A program made the position numbers and the translations under genes. 64,000 nt of DNA from an uncultured Chloroflexia bacterium (lineage in GTDB: Bacteria; Chloroflexota; Limnocylindria; Limnocylindrales; CSP1-4). The notes beneath the pieces were generated by a model. The model did no database searches. It was not told the origin of the DNA and saw only the letters and a list, made by a program, of their open reading frames with translations. Of this stretch, positions 12,422 to 22,215 are shown one piece after another. Each line of letters begins with the position of its first letter. The stretch's first letter is position 1. The stretch covers positions 198,546 to 262,545 of the forward strand of contig CAWCMN010000009.1 in the NCBI GenBank assembly GCA_963796715.1, in the 5' to 3' direction.

Positions 12422-12805
12422 ATGGCCGACGGTTCGTTTGTGCCGCATGCCATCCCTCGGTCGCCGTTCCGCTCAGCGCGGTGGGGTCTCGTCCTGCTCG
12501 CAGCGCTCGTCCTCGCCGGCTGCGGCGCGAAGGTCGACCAGGCTGCGGCGACCCGGATCGCCACCGAGTTCCTCACCCAGGGCGATCCGTCCGGCACGAC
12601 CGTCCAGAACGTGACGGTGCGTTCGGTCCAGGAACTCGACGACGCCTGGCAGATCACGATCGAGGGCCAGGTCGTCGTACCGGTCGCCAACGGAGGCACT
12701 GGCAGCTCGACGCCCGTCCACGAGGTGATCGACGTGGACAAGCAGTCGGGGACGGCGACGCTCGCCGCCCAAGGTCGGATCAGGACCGCTCAGGCGGTGG
12801 CGTGA
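12422..12805 (+). CDS. putative lipoprotein (signal peptide + lipobox)
   Basis: ATG at 12422 precedes a hydrophobic segment and the lipobox LAGC. 128 aa. The long upstream part of this ORF is GC-skewed nonsense. Confidence 0.45.
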   Translation: MADGSFVPHAIPRSPFRSARWGLVLLAALVLAGCGAKVDQAAATRIATEFLTQGDPSGTTVQNVTVRSVQELDDAWQITIEGQVVVPVANGGTGSSTPVHEVIDVDKQSGTATLAAQGRIRTAQAVA

Positions 12806-13461
12806 CCGATCGCGCGATCCGGGTGCAGGTCGGGGCGCACGCGGCGGACCCAGTCGCGTAGGGCCCACGTGCTGGTCTTGAAGGCGATGCCGGACCACGG
12901 GATCGCCTCGGGTCGGAAGGTCCCGAAGGCCAGCGCCTCGGGGTTGGTCTGGAGCACACCGCCGACGATGCGCGCCTCGAAGGCCACGACGACGATGGCC
13001 GCCTGCGTCCGCGAGTAGAGGCCCACGATCTCACCCGGCTCGACGATCAGGCCGGTCTCTTCCAGAGTCTCGCGGATGGCGCCCTCGCGCACGGTCTCGT
13101 CGATCTCCAGGAAGCCGCCCGGCTGGGCCCATGCCCCGAGCCCGGGCTCGATGCCCCGCCGGAGCAGGACCACCTCGCCGTCGGGTGTGATGGGCAGGGT
13201 CGTGACCACCAGACGCGGGTTGACGTAGGCGACGAAACCGCAGGCCGGGCAGCTCAGGCGGTCCCGGTGATCGCCGTCGATGGGCCCGAACCGCAGCTCG
13301 GCCCCGCAGCGCGAACAGAAGTTGAGCAACTCGCCCATCCAGGTGGGCACACCGCCGGGTCCGCGGGGCTGGTCCCATGGCTCCAGCTCGAGCAGGTCGT
13401 CATGGCTGGTGAGGTCGGGACCCTGCGAGCGGCCGGGTTCGCGAGCGGAGGGGTCGGTCAT
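12790..13461 (-). CDS. NudC-like Nudix hydrolase (NAD+/NADH diphosphatase family) with zinc ribbon
   Basis: Nudix box GGFLEIDETVREGAIRETLEETGL (GX5EX7REUXEEXGU). Preceded by a C4 ribbon CSRCGAELRF...SCPACG. ATG at 13461 gives 224 aa. Confidence 0.8.
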   Translation of the reverse strand: MTDPSAREPGRSQGPDLTSHDDLLELEPWDQPRGPGGVPTWMGELLNFCSRCGAELRFGPIDGDHRDRLSCPACGFVAYVNPRLVVTTLPITPDGEVVLLRRGIEPGLGAWAQPGGFLEIDETVREGAIRETLEETGLIVEPGEIVGLYSRTQAAIVVVAFEARIVGGVLQTNPEALAFGTFRPEAIPWSGIAFKTSTWALRDWVRRVRPDLHPDRAIGHATA

Positions 13462-13895
13462 GCCACGACGACCAGGGCGATCGCGCCGAGCTCCAGGGCG
13501 ATCCCGATCAGCAGCACGCCGACCCACACCGCCCTGAACGCCGCGCGACCCCGGGCGACGGGCCACCAGGCGGCGACCGACCGGCCGATCCGCACCGTCG
13601 CGTCGGCCGTCACGAGGACGAGCAGGCCGGCGGCGATGAGCACGGGCAGGCGCACGACCGGCGCTGCCAGCGGCGCCCCGAGCTCCCAGGCGGAGATGGC
13701 CAGGGTGCCGCAGATCAGGACGATGACGCTGAGGTAGATGAACACGCCCTGGAGCGGCGTCGGGCGTGTCTCGGGGACGCGTTGCGGGACGGCCTGGCGC
13801 CCTGGCCTGGGTGCCGCCGGCGCTACCTCCTGTCGAGCCAGGACCGGCATCCCGGGCTGCCAGCGCTCGTCGTCCATGCGCGGCGTTTCGGTCAC
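13458..13895 (-). CDS. small integral membrane protein (4 TM), translationally coupled to the Nudix gene
   Basis: 145 aa and very hydrophobic. Its stop overlaps the Nudix start (ATGA). No family recognised. Confidence 0.45.
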   Translation of the reverse strand: MTETPRMDDERWQPGMPVLARQEVAPAAPRPGRQAVPQRVPETRPTPLQGVFIYLSVIVLICGTLAISAWELGAPLAAPVVRLPVLIAAGLLVLVTADATVRIGRSVAAWWPVARGRAAFRAVWVGVLLIGIALELGAIALVVVA

Positions 13896-14205
13896 CGGTC
13901 GAGTGTACGCCCGGGGGTCCGTGACCCCTCACGTGCGGTCGCTCCCATTCGGGCCGTCGGCTTCCAGCCGGTCGCCGCTCGCGCCCGCGGCCACCCTGAC
14001 CCGCGCCTTTGCATCTGGCGGCGACAGCGACGGAGCAGGACGCCAGGAAGGTCCCCAGGACCCCGTTCGCCCGCCGTTCGTTGCATCTGCCGACAGAGAC
14101 GACGGTCGAACGAGGCTTCCTTCGTCGCTGTGATCGGTGGAAGCAAGAGGCCCGCTCGCCGCTCGCGCCGTCGCCGCTCGCGCCGTCGCGGCTCGCGCTT
14201 GGTGG

Positions 14206-14730
14206 CTACCCCGGCAGCGGCTCGGCGTTGGATTCGTCGGCCAGGATGGCCTCGGTCATGCGCCGGCGCCACGCGGCCAGGCGATCGCGCAGGTCGTCGT
14301 CGTGGAGGGCCATGATCTGGGCCGCCAGCAGGGCCGCGTTCTCCGCCCCGCCGATGGCCACGGTGGCGACCGGCACGCCCCGCGGCATCTGCACGGTCGA
14401 GAGCAGCGAGTCGAGGCCGCCCGCGACCTGGGTCGGGATGGGCACGCCGATGATCGGCAGGAGCGTCTTGGACGCGAGCACGCCGGCCAGGTGGGCTGCA
14501 CCGCCCGCCCCGGCGATGAGGACCTCGATCCCCCGCTGAGCGGCCGTCTCGGCGTAGCGCGTCGCCAGCTCGGGCGTGCGATGGGCCGACATCACGCGCA
14601 GTTCGCTGCTCACCCCCAGCTCGCCAAGCAGGGCCACGGCCTTCTCCATGACTGGGAAGTCCGAGCGGCTGCCGCACACGATGCCGACCCGCGGCCCGCC
14701 CGCGGCGCCCTTCCCATCACCCGCTGGCAT
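14206..14730 (-). CDS. purE: 5-(carboxyamino)imidazole ribonucleotide mutase
   Basis: Start MPAGDG...RVGIVCGSRSD. PurE motifs GSRSD and AGGAAHLAGV. 175 aa. Confidence 0.85.
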   Translation of the reverse strand: MPAGDGKGAAGGPRVGIVCGSRSDFPVMEKAVALLGELGVSSELRVMSAHRTPELATRYAETAAQRGIEVLIAGAGGAAHLAGVLASKTLLPIIGVPIPTQVAGGLDSLLSTVQMPRGVPVATVAIGGAENAALLAAQIMALHDDDLRDRLAAWRRRMTEAILADESNAEPLPG

Positions 14731-14734
14731 GCGT

Positions 14735-16213
14735 TCAGCCTCCCTGTGACGCGGTGTAGCCGGGCTCGCCGTCGAACGACTGGAGGCGTTCCACATGGGT
14801 CCAGCGATGGTGTTCCGCGACCCGTCCCAGCAGGTCCAGCAGGTCACGCCCACGAGGCTCGCGCCCCTCGGCAGCGAGGTAGCGTGCCGTGTACCAGCGC
14901 ACGCTGTCGCCCACGGCCTCGCCGGGGTAGACATGCGTGCCCCGGCTGGCCACGCCCTCCAGGCGGAACATCTCGCCGGCCACGGCCGCGAGCGAAGGGC
15001 CAAGCTCCTCGATCGGCAGGTCGCTTTCCACCATCACGTCAAGGCCCACGAGCGCCCGTGGGATGGCGGCATAGTGGGCGGCGCTGTAGTCCCAGCGCGG
15101 CAGCGGGGTCGCCGCAGGGTCGGAGGTGCGCGTCGGACGGGCCGGCGCAGCCTTCGGCGCCCTGCCCAGGTTGCCGATGACGGCGTCCGTGAAGCCGCTC
15201 GTGGAGGTGGCCCGCTCGACATCGCCGCCCGTCTGGCGGGCGAGGTCCTGGGTCACGGCCGTGCCGCTCTCAAGGGTCGCCAGCACCGCGTTCTCCACCA
15301 GCTCGGCGGCGGCGCCCTCGCCGACATGACGGAGCAGCATCACCGAGCTCAGGATCAGGGCCGTCGGGTTGATGACGTCCTTGCCGGCGTATTTCGGCGC
15401 CGACCCGTGGACCGCCTCGAAGATGGCCACCTCGTCGCCGTAGTTGCCGGACGAGGCGAAGCCCAGGCCGCCGACCAGGCCGGAGGCGAGGTCGCTGATG
15501 ATGTCGCCGTTGAGGTTGGTCGTCACCACGATGTCGAACTGGGCCGGGTCCTTGACCAGCTGGTGGGCCACGTTGTCGATGATCAGGTGTTCGGCGCGGA
15601 TGCCCGGATACTCGGCCGCCAGCTCCTCGAAGACCCGTTTGAAGAGGCCTTCGGTGAGCTTCATGATGTTGGCCTTGGTGGCTGCCGTGACCTTGGTCCG
15701 GCCCTCGCGCCGCGCCAGCTCGAAGGCGTAGCGGATGATCTTCTCCGAGCCCTTGCGCGTGATCAGCTTGAGGCCCTGGGCCACGTCCGGCGTCTCCAGG
15801 TGCTCGATGCCGGCGTAGAGGTCCTCGATGTTCTCGCGTACGATGATCATGTCGATGCCTTCACCCGCATAGCGCGTGGGCACGCCCGGCAGCTCGCGCG
15901 CGGGACGGACGTTGGCGTACGTCTCGAACAGCTTGCGCAGCGTGACGTTGGCGCTCTTCTCGCCGAAGCCGACCGGCGTCTCGAGGGGACCCTTGAGGGC
16001 CACCCGCGTCCGCTCGATCGATTCACGCGTCTCGCGCGGCACGCCCGACGCATCGCCGGCCCGGAACACGGCCGCCCCGGCGGCCGCCTCCTCCCAGGTG
16101 ATCGCCACGCCGGCCGCGTCGATGATGCGCATCGCCGAGCGGACGATCTCCGGCCCCACGCCGTCGCCCGGGATGACGGTCACGCGGTGGCTGGCCGAAG
16201 CGGTCGGGGGCAC
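14735..16213 (-). CDS. isocitrate/isopropylmalate dehydrogenase family enzyme (NAD-IDH-like) with ~140-aa C-terminal extension
   Basis: The N-terminal ~350 aa carry IDH/IMDH motifs (VTLRKLFETYANVRP, NLNGDIISDLASGLVGGLG). The C-terminal 140 aa have no obvious family. The gene lies 4 nt upstream of purE. Confidence 0.8.
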   Translation of the reverse strand: MPPTASASHRVTVIPGDGVGPEIVRSAMRIIDAAGVAITWEEAAAGAAVFRAGDASGVPRETRESIERTRVALKGPLETPVGFGEKSANVTLRKLFETYANVRPARELPGVPTRYAGEGIDMIIVRENIEDLYAGIEHLETPDVAQGLKLITRKGSEKIIRYAFELARREGRTKVTAATKANIMKLTEGLFKRVFEELAAEYPGIRAEHLIIDNVAHQLVKDPAQFDIVVTTNLNGDIISDLASGLVGGLGFASSGNYGDEVAIFEAVHGSAPKYAGKDVINPTALILSSVMLLRHVGEGAAAELVENAVLATLESGTAVTQDLARQTGGDVERATSTSGFTDAVIGNLGRAPKAAPARPTRTSDPAATPLPRWDYSAAHYAAIPRALVGLDVMVESDLPIEELGPSLAAVAGEMFRLEGVASRGTHVYPGEAVGDSVRWYTARYLAAEGREPRGRDLLDLLGRVAEHHRWTHVERLQSFDGEPGYTASQGG

Positions 16214-16261
16214 GGCCTAATCCTAGCGTCGGCAGGCGCGGCCAGCCGGTAGCATCGTGGC

Positions 16262-17290
16262 GTGACGGACCGCCTGCCGATCATCCTCGATGTCGATACC
16301 GGCATCGACGACGCCATGGCCCTGCTCTACGCCTGCGCCTCACCCGAGGTCGAGCTGCTCGCGGTGACCTGCGTCAGCGGCAACGTCGCCGCACGCCAGG
16401 TGGCGGAGAACACGCGGGCCCTGCTCGAGCTGGTGGGCCGTGGCGACGTCGAGGTCGCCCTGGGCCGCGAAGTACCGCTCGTCCGGCCGCTGATGACCAG
16501 CCCCGAGACCCACGGCCCGCGCGGCATCGGCTACGCGACGCTGCCGCCTGCCTCGCGGCCGGTGAGCCCTCGCCACGCTGCCGACCTGATCGCGGCCGAG
16601 GCTCGCCGGCGGCCCGGCCAGGTGACCCTGGTCGCGGTCGGGCCGCAGACCAACATCGCGGTGGCGCTGGAGCGCGAGCCCGCGCTGCCCGGGCTGCTGC
16701 GCCACTTCGTGTTCATGGGCGGCGCCTTCCGTGCGCCGGGCAACACCACGCCGGTCAGCGAGTGGAACGTGGCCGTCGATCCGGACGCGGCCAAGGCCGT
16801 GGCGGATGCGTTCGGGACCGACGCCTTCCGTGCCTCGGGCCGCCCGCGGCCGCTCGCCCTGGGCCTCGATGTGACCGAGCAGGCGATCGTGCGACCCGCC
16901 GACCTGGACCGCCTGTACGCCCGGGCGGGGGGCACGCCCGACACCGACCCGGTGCTGCGCTTCATCGCCGACGCGCTGCGCTTCTACGTGGAGTTCCACG
17001 AGCGGCAGGACGGCTTGAGCGGCGCCCACATGCACGACCCGTTGGCGATGGCCGCGGCGCTTGACCCGACGCTCGTCACGACCGAGCCGGTGACCGTGGA
17101 CGTGGAGCTGACCGGCGCGCTGACGGGCGGCCAGACGGTCGCCGACTGGCGCCATCACTGGGCCCGGCCGCCCAACATGGATGTCGCGGTCGGGGTGCGG
17201 GCCAGCGACTTCCTGGAGCGGTTCATCGAGCGCGTCGGCGGGCTCGCGGCGGCCCGCGCCGCCGCTCGCCGCGATCAGGAGGCGACGTAG
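16262..17290 (+). CDS. nucleoside hydrolase (inosine-uridine preferring family)
   Basis: N-terminal DxDxxxDD aspartate cluster DVDTGIDDAMAL. 342 aa. GTG start. Confidence 0.85.
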   Translation: MTDRLPIILDVDTGIDDAMALLYACASPEVELLAVTCVSGNVAARQVAENTRALLELVGRGDVEVALGREVPLVRPLMTSPETHGPRGIGYATLPPASRPVSPRHAADLIAAEARRRPGQVTLVAVGPQTNIAVALEREPALPGLLRHFVFMGGAFRAPGNTTPVSEWNVAVDPDAAKAVADAFGTDAFRASGRPRPLALGLDVTEQAIVRPADLDRLYARAGGTPDTDPVLRFIADALRFYVEFHERQDGLSGAHMHDPLAMAAALDPTLVTTEPVTVDVELTGALTGGQTVADWRHHWARPPNMDVAVGVRASDFLERFIERVGGLAAARAAARRDQEAT

Positions 17291-19632
17291 GCCGCGAGGT
17301 GCTCGCCGGTCAGGGTGGAGCGGGCGGCGACGAGGTCGGCCGGTGCGCCCTCGAAGACGACCCTCCCGCCCTCGTGGCCGGCGCCCGGCCCGAGGTCGAT
17401 GATCCAGTCGGCATGCGCCATGACGGCCGGGTGATGCTCGATGACGATGACCGACTTGCCCGCGTCGACGAGCCGGTCCAGCAGGCCCAGCAACTGCTGG
17501 ATGTCCGCGAGGTGGAGGCCCGCGGTCGGCTCGTCGAGGACGAAGACGCTGCCCTTCTCGGCCATCTCCGCTGCCAGCTTGAGCCGCTGACGCTCACCGC
17601 CCGACAGCGTCGTGAGCGGCTGGCCCAGGCTGATGTAGGCGAGCCCCACATCGGCCAGGCGGTGCAGGATCGCCTCGGCGGCGGGTGTCCGTGCGTCGCC
17701 CGCCCCGAGGAATGCCTCGGCTTCGGTCACCGACATGGCGAGGACCTCGGCGATGTTGCGCCCGCCGAGCCGGTAGCCCAGCACCGCGGCCTGGAAGCGC
17801 TTCCCCTGGCACTCTTCGCAGGTCGTGGTGACGCCGGCCATCATCCCTAGGTCGGTGTAGATGACACCCGCGCCGTTGCAGGCCGGGCAGGCGCCTTCCG
17901 AGTTGGCGCTGAAGAGCGCAGGTTTGACCCCGTTGGCTTTCGCGAAGGCCGTACGGATGGGATCGAGGAGGCCCGTGTAGGTGGCCGGGTTGCTGCGCCG
18001 CGATCCGCGGATGGCGCCCTGGTCGATGGCGACGACCCCCTCGCGGCCGGCCACCGAGCCGTCGATCAGGGAGCTCTTGCCCGACCCGGCCACGCCGGTC
18101 AGGACGACCAGCACGCCGAGCGGGATGTCCACATCGACGTCGCGGAGGTTGTGGGTGCTGGCGCTGCGCACCTGCAGGGCGCGTGAGGCTGTCCGCACCG
18201 ACGGCTTGAGGGCCGTGCGGTCGCTCAGGTGGCGCCCGGTGATCGTGTCGCTGGCCCGCAGCTCCTCGACGCTGCCCTCGAAGACGACCCGGCCTCCGGC
18301 CGCACCGGCCCCGGGGCCAAGGTCGACCGCGTGATCGGCGATCGCAATGGTCTGCGGCTTGTGCTCGACCACGAGCACGGTGTTGCCCTTGTCACGCAGG
18401 CGCAGCAACAGGTCGTTCATCCGCGAGATGTCGTGAGGGTGCAGCCCGATCGTCGGCTCGTCGAAGACGTAGGTCACGTCGGTCAGCGCCGACCCCAGGT
18501 GGCGGATCATCTTGGTCCGCTGGGCTTCGCCGCCCGAAAGGGTGCCCGAGGGGCGATCGAGGCTGAGGTAGCCGAGCCCGATCTCGACGAACGAATCGAG
18601 GTGCTGCCCGAGGGCCGCGAGCAGCGGTGCGACGGACGGCTCGTGGAGGCCGCGGACCCATGCCGCCAGGTCGTCGATCTGCATCGAGCAGGCATCGGCG
18701 ATGCTGAGCCCCCCGATCTTGGACGAGCGCGCACCCGCGCTGAGCCGAGTCCCGCCGCACTCAGGACACGTCGTGAACGTCACCGCCCGCTCCACGAACG
18801 CGCGGATGTGCGGCTGCATGGCCTCCACGTCCTTGGCCAGGTACGACCCCTGGATCCGCAGCACCAAGCCTTCGTAGGTCATGTTGATGCCTTCGATCTT
18901 CATCCTGACCGGCTCGTGGTAGAGGAAGTCGTGGCGCTCCCGCTCGGTGTACTCGCGGATGGGCTTGTGCGGGTCCACGAAGCCGGAGGACGCGTACAGG
19001 CGGTAGTTCCAGCCCCCGGCTTGGTAGCCAGGGATGGTCATGGCCCCATCGGCCAGGGACTTCGCTGCATCGAACAGCTGCGCCAGGTCAAAATCGGTCA
19101 CTGAACCCATGCCCTCACAGCGCGGGCACATGCCGCCTGTGATGGAGAACGTCCGGCTGATCGCCGCGCTGTGCGCCCGATCCACCGTGACCGCCCCGCC
19201 ACCGCGCGCTGACGCGACGTTGAACGAGAAAGCCTGTGGCGACCCGAGGTGGGGCACGCCCAGCCGGCTGAACAGCACCCGCAGCATCGCGTTGGCGTCG
19301 GTGGCCGTGCCGACCGTCGAGCGGGCGTTGGCGCCCATCCGCTCCTGGTCGACGATGATCGTGGTGGTCAGCCCCTCGAGGACGTCCACCTCCGGCCGCG
19401 CCATGGTGGGCATGAAGCCCTGGACGAAGGCGCTGTAGGTCTCGTTGATGAGGCGCTGCGACTCGGCGGCGATGGTGCCGAAGACCAGCGAGCTCTTGCC
19501 CGAGCCGGAGACGCCGGTGAACACCGTCAGCCGGCGTTTCGGGATCTCGATGCTGACGTCCTTGAGGTTGTTGACCCGCGCGCCGTGCACGCGGATCAGG
19601 CCGTGGCTGTCGGCGACGTGCGCCTCGCTCAT
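17275..19632 (-). CDS. UvrA-like ABC ATPase, class II paralogue (lacks UvrB-binding domain)
   Basis: Two ABC modules ([20 protein letters not shown]; signature [16 protein letters not shown]). Zinc-finger Cys pairs CPRCEGMG and [12 protein letters not shown] at 19632 gives 785 aa, shorter than canonical UvrA (~940 aa). Confidence 0.85.
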   Translation of the reverse strand: MSEAHVADSHGLIRVHGARVNNLKDVSIEIPKRRLTVFTGVSGSGKSSLVFGTIAAESQRLINETYSAFVQGFMPTMARPEVDVLEGLTTTIIVDQERMGANARSTVGTATDANAMLRVLFSRLGVPHLGSPQAFSFNVASARGGGAVTVDRAHSAAISRTFSITGGMCPRCEGMGSVTDFDLAQLFDAAKSLADGAMTIPGYQAGGWNYRLYASSGFVDPHKPIREYTERERHDFLYHEPVRMKIEGINMTYEGLVLRIQGSYLAKDVEAMQPHIRAFVERAVTFTTCPECGGTRLSAGARSSKIGGLSIADACSMQIDDLAAWVRGLHEPSVAPLLAALGQHLDSFVEIGLGYLSLDRPSGTLSGGEAQRTKMIRHLGSALTDVTYVFDEPTIGLHPHDISRMNDLLLRLRDKGNTVLVVEHKPQTIAIADHAVDLGPGAGAAGGRVVFEGSVEELRASDTITGRHLSDRTALKPSVRTASRALQVRSASTHNLRDVDVDIPLGVLVVLTGVAGSGKSSLIDGSVAGREGVVAIDQGAIRGSRRSNPATYTGLLDPIRTAFAKANGVKPALFSANSEGACPACNGAGVIYTDLGMMAGVTTTCEECQGKRFQAAVLGYRLGGRNIAEVLAMSVTEAEAFLGAGDARTPAAEAILHRLADVGLAYISLGQPLTTLSGGERQRLKLAAEMAEKGSVFVLDEPTAGLHLADIQQLLGLLDRLVDAGKSVIVIEHHPAVMAHADWIIDLGPGAGHEGGRVVFEGAPADLVAARSTLTGEHLAAYVAS

Positions 19633-19764
19633 GGGTCGCTCCTCCGGCTGGGGCGCCATCGTGCCATGCCACGGCGGATGAGGCGCCCGGCGGACTGGCG
19701 CCGACGCGGGTCGTCGTGGCAAGCTTGCGCTGGAGGGAGCCGCGTCGCCAAGGAGGTCTGACCG

Positions 19765-20595
19765 GTGGATCGGTTGTCCCGACAGTTCAGCACCCGCGTC
19801 ATCGTGCTGATGCCCATCGCCATCGCCATCAACATCGTGCTGGGCTTCACGGTCCAGACCGTGCTCAATCTGCCGATCTACCTCGATTCGATCGGCACGA
19901 TCCTCGTCGGCGTGCTGGCCGGCCCGCTGGCCGGGCCCTGACGGGCATGCCTGTCGAACTCATCTGGCAGTACGCGCCGGGCATCGGCGGCAACGGCACC
20001 ATCGGTCCGTTCGCGATCACGGCGGCGTGATCGGGTTGCTGGCCGGCCTGTGGGGCAACCTCGGCGTCTACCGCTCGCGACCCGGCCACGCGGGCTCCGC
20101 CATCTGGGGTCCCGCCGTGGTGGCGATCGTGATCATCGGCGTCCTCGCATGGCGCGCATGTACACCAGTCCCCGGCCTACGGGGCCGAGGCATCGGCGGA
20201 TACCCCAGTCTGGGTCTACGCCGGCCATCGCCGTCATCGGCTGGCCGCGGCCGCCGTCGGTCGGTCGTGGCGGTCACTTGCTGCCGGCATGACGCCGCGC
20301 CGGGTCGTGGGTCGCCGTCGCCGGTGCCCTGACCGGCGATCGTGGCCGCGATCGTTTCGGCGCCGATCGCGCGGTGGTCTTCGAGGGCGTCACGGGCTCC
20401 GGCACCGATGCCGATCGTGGCCGCCCTCCGGAAGGGCGGCAGCCGATGTGCCTGAGCGCAACCCTTGGGCAGGGGCTCTTCAGCGACCCGATCGACAAGA
20501 CGATCACGAGTTTCGTCGTCTTCCTGATGCTGGTCAGCCTCTCAGCGCGATTCCTGGCCCGCTTCCCACTCGGGGACCGCCTCGTGAAGTCGTAA
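19765..20595 (+). pseudogene. ECF transporter S component, disrupted by multiple frameshifts
   Basis: AAGGAGG lies upstream of GTG 19765. The first frame reads VDRLSRQFSTRVIVLMPIAIAINIVLGFTVQTVLNLPIYLDSIGTILVGVLAGPLAGP, then stops. The S-component sequence continues in other frames (LTGMPVELIWQYAPGIGGNGTIGPFAITAA; VIGLLAGLWGNLGVYRSRPGHAG...AVVAIVIIGVLA; ...DKTITSFVVFLMLVSLSARFLARF). At least 4 frame switches. Confidence 0.55.
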
Positions 20596-20784
20596 CGCCT
20601 GAGAGCTCGAGCGGTCTCATGCTGGCGCCGCACCAGGCAACTTCATCACCGGCACGCCTGAAGGCGCCTACCGCGAGCCTGAACCCGACCACGAAGGCCG
20701 TCCTCGCTGCATGTGAGGCATTCATCGCGTTCGGTGTCCGAGGATGGACAGGTCCGGGGCGATCGTCCTTGTCGTCGCGATCGG

Positions 20785-21427
20785 ATGCGCTATTATGCGC
20801 GCATCGCCAGTCGGCTCGTGCCGCTGCTGCTTGCCACGGTCCCCCTGCTGGCCTCCATCCTCCTGGTCAACACGTTCTTCTTCCCGGGCGCGACACGACA
20901 CCATCGTGCAGATCGGCCCGTTCGATCCCGACCTGGACCGGCCTCGTGGCGGCATCGCAGGCGGCGCTCAGGGTCATCGGCTTCGCCGTGCTCGGTGGCG
21001 CTGCTGCTTCAGCATGACCACGAGTGCCGGCGACCTGATCGCCGACCTCGAGCGGCGACGGGGTCGGCCGACGGGCCGACGTTCGTCGTCAATGCGGCGA
21101 TCGGCGACGGTGCCGCGCATGCTGGCGCGGGCGGGCGAGATCACCGAGGCGCAACGGGCACGCGGCCTCGACACGCAGGGCAGCATCCGCCGGCGCGTCC
21201 AGGGCCTGATCCCCCTGGCCGGCCCGCTGGTCATCGGGGCGCTGACCGACGTCGAGGAGCAGACGATGGCCCTGGAGGCCCGCGCCTTCACCGCCCCGGG
21301 ACGGCGCACGGTGTTGCGGACGTTCCCCGACGGATCGGGCCAGCGGCTGGTCCGATGGGGGCTCACGCTGGGCACGGTGGCCGTGCTGGTCCTGTCGGTG
21401 ACCGGCCAGCTCGCGTTCCTGCCGTGA
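20785..21427 (+). pseudogene. ECF transporter T component (EcfT/CbiQ family), 3 frameshifts within ~120 nt
   Basis: MRYYARIASRLVPLLLATVPLLASILLVNTFFFPGA reads in frame A. IVQIGPF is in frame B. PTWTGLVAASQAALRVIGFAVLGGAAAS is in frame C. It returns to frame B for FSMTTSAGDLIADLERRRG...ARGLDTQGSIRRRVQGLIPLAGPLVIGALTDVEEQTMALEARAFTAPGRRT, which are conserved EcfT motifs. The stop overlaps the ecfA GTG (GTGA). Confidence 0.55.
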
Positions 21428-22215
21428 GCCTGCGACTGGAGGGCGTCTCCTACCGCTACGCGGGATCGACTGCCACGGTGCTGAGCGGGGTCGACCTCGT
21501 GGTCGAGCGCGGGGAGGTGGTCGGGCTGGTGGGCGCCAACGAGGCGGGCAAGACCACCCTTTGCCTGGTTGCCGCCGGGCTGGCCCCGGCCACCATCGGC
21601 GGCCGCCTGGAGGGCACCGTCCACATCGACGACATCGACACCTCCGCCGCCCGGCCGTTCGAGCTGGCGCAGCGGTGCGGCACGCTCTTCCAGAACCCGG
21701 CCACGCAGCTGTCGGGCACCGCGCCGACCGTCTGGGAGGAGATCGCCTTCGGGCCGCGCAACCTGGCGCTGCCCCTCGGCGAGGTCGTGGCCCGGGTGGA
21801 CGAGGCCGTCGCGGCGCTGGCCATCGGCGACCTGGTGCGGCGCGATCCGGCCCGCCTCTCGGGCGGCCAGGCGCAGCTGGTCGCGCTGGCCGGGGTCCTC
21901 GCCCTGCGGCCCGCGTACCTCGTGCTGGACGAGCCGACGAGCCAGCTGGACCCGCAGGGCACGCGCCTCGTCGGTGACGCGCTGGCGACCCTCGCGACCC
22001 ATTCCAACGCGGGGATCCTGATCGTCGAGCACAAGACGGACCTGCTGGCCGGTCTTGCCTCGCGCGTGGCCGTGATCGACGCCGGCCGGCTGGTGACCGA
22101 CGGCCCGGCAGGCACCACCCTCGCGGACGAGCGCCTGCCGGGCTGGGGCGTCCAGCCGCCCTCCGCCGTCAGACTGGCGCGAGCGGCCGCCGCGGCCGGC
22201 GTCTCCCTTGGCTGA
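21424..22215 (+). CDS. ECF transporter energy-coupling ATPase EcfA (ABC)
   Basis: Walker A GANEAGKTT, signature LSGGQAQ, Walker B LVLDEPTSQLD. 264 aa. Confidence 0.8.
   Translation: MSLRLEGVSYRYAGSTATVLSGVDLVVERGEVVGLVGANEAGKTTLCLVAAGLAPATIGGRLEGTVHIDDIDTSAARPFELAQRCGTLFQNPATQLSGTAPTVWEEIAFGPRNLALPLGEVVARVDEAVAALAIGDLVRRDPARLSGGQAQLVALAGVLALRPAYLVLDEPTSQLDPQGTRLVGDALATLATHSNAGILIVEHKTDLLAGLASRVAVIDAGRLVTDGPAGTTLADERLPGWGVQPPSAVRLARAAAAAGVSLG

Noticed and set aside
14137-16252. Long + strand ORFs (14137..15180, 14795..16252) opposite purE and the IDH-like gene
   Set aside because: Their proteins are Arg/Ala/Gly-rich low-complexity runs typical of antisense frames in 72% GC DNA. The minus-strand genes have clear family motifs.
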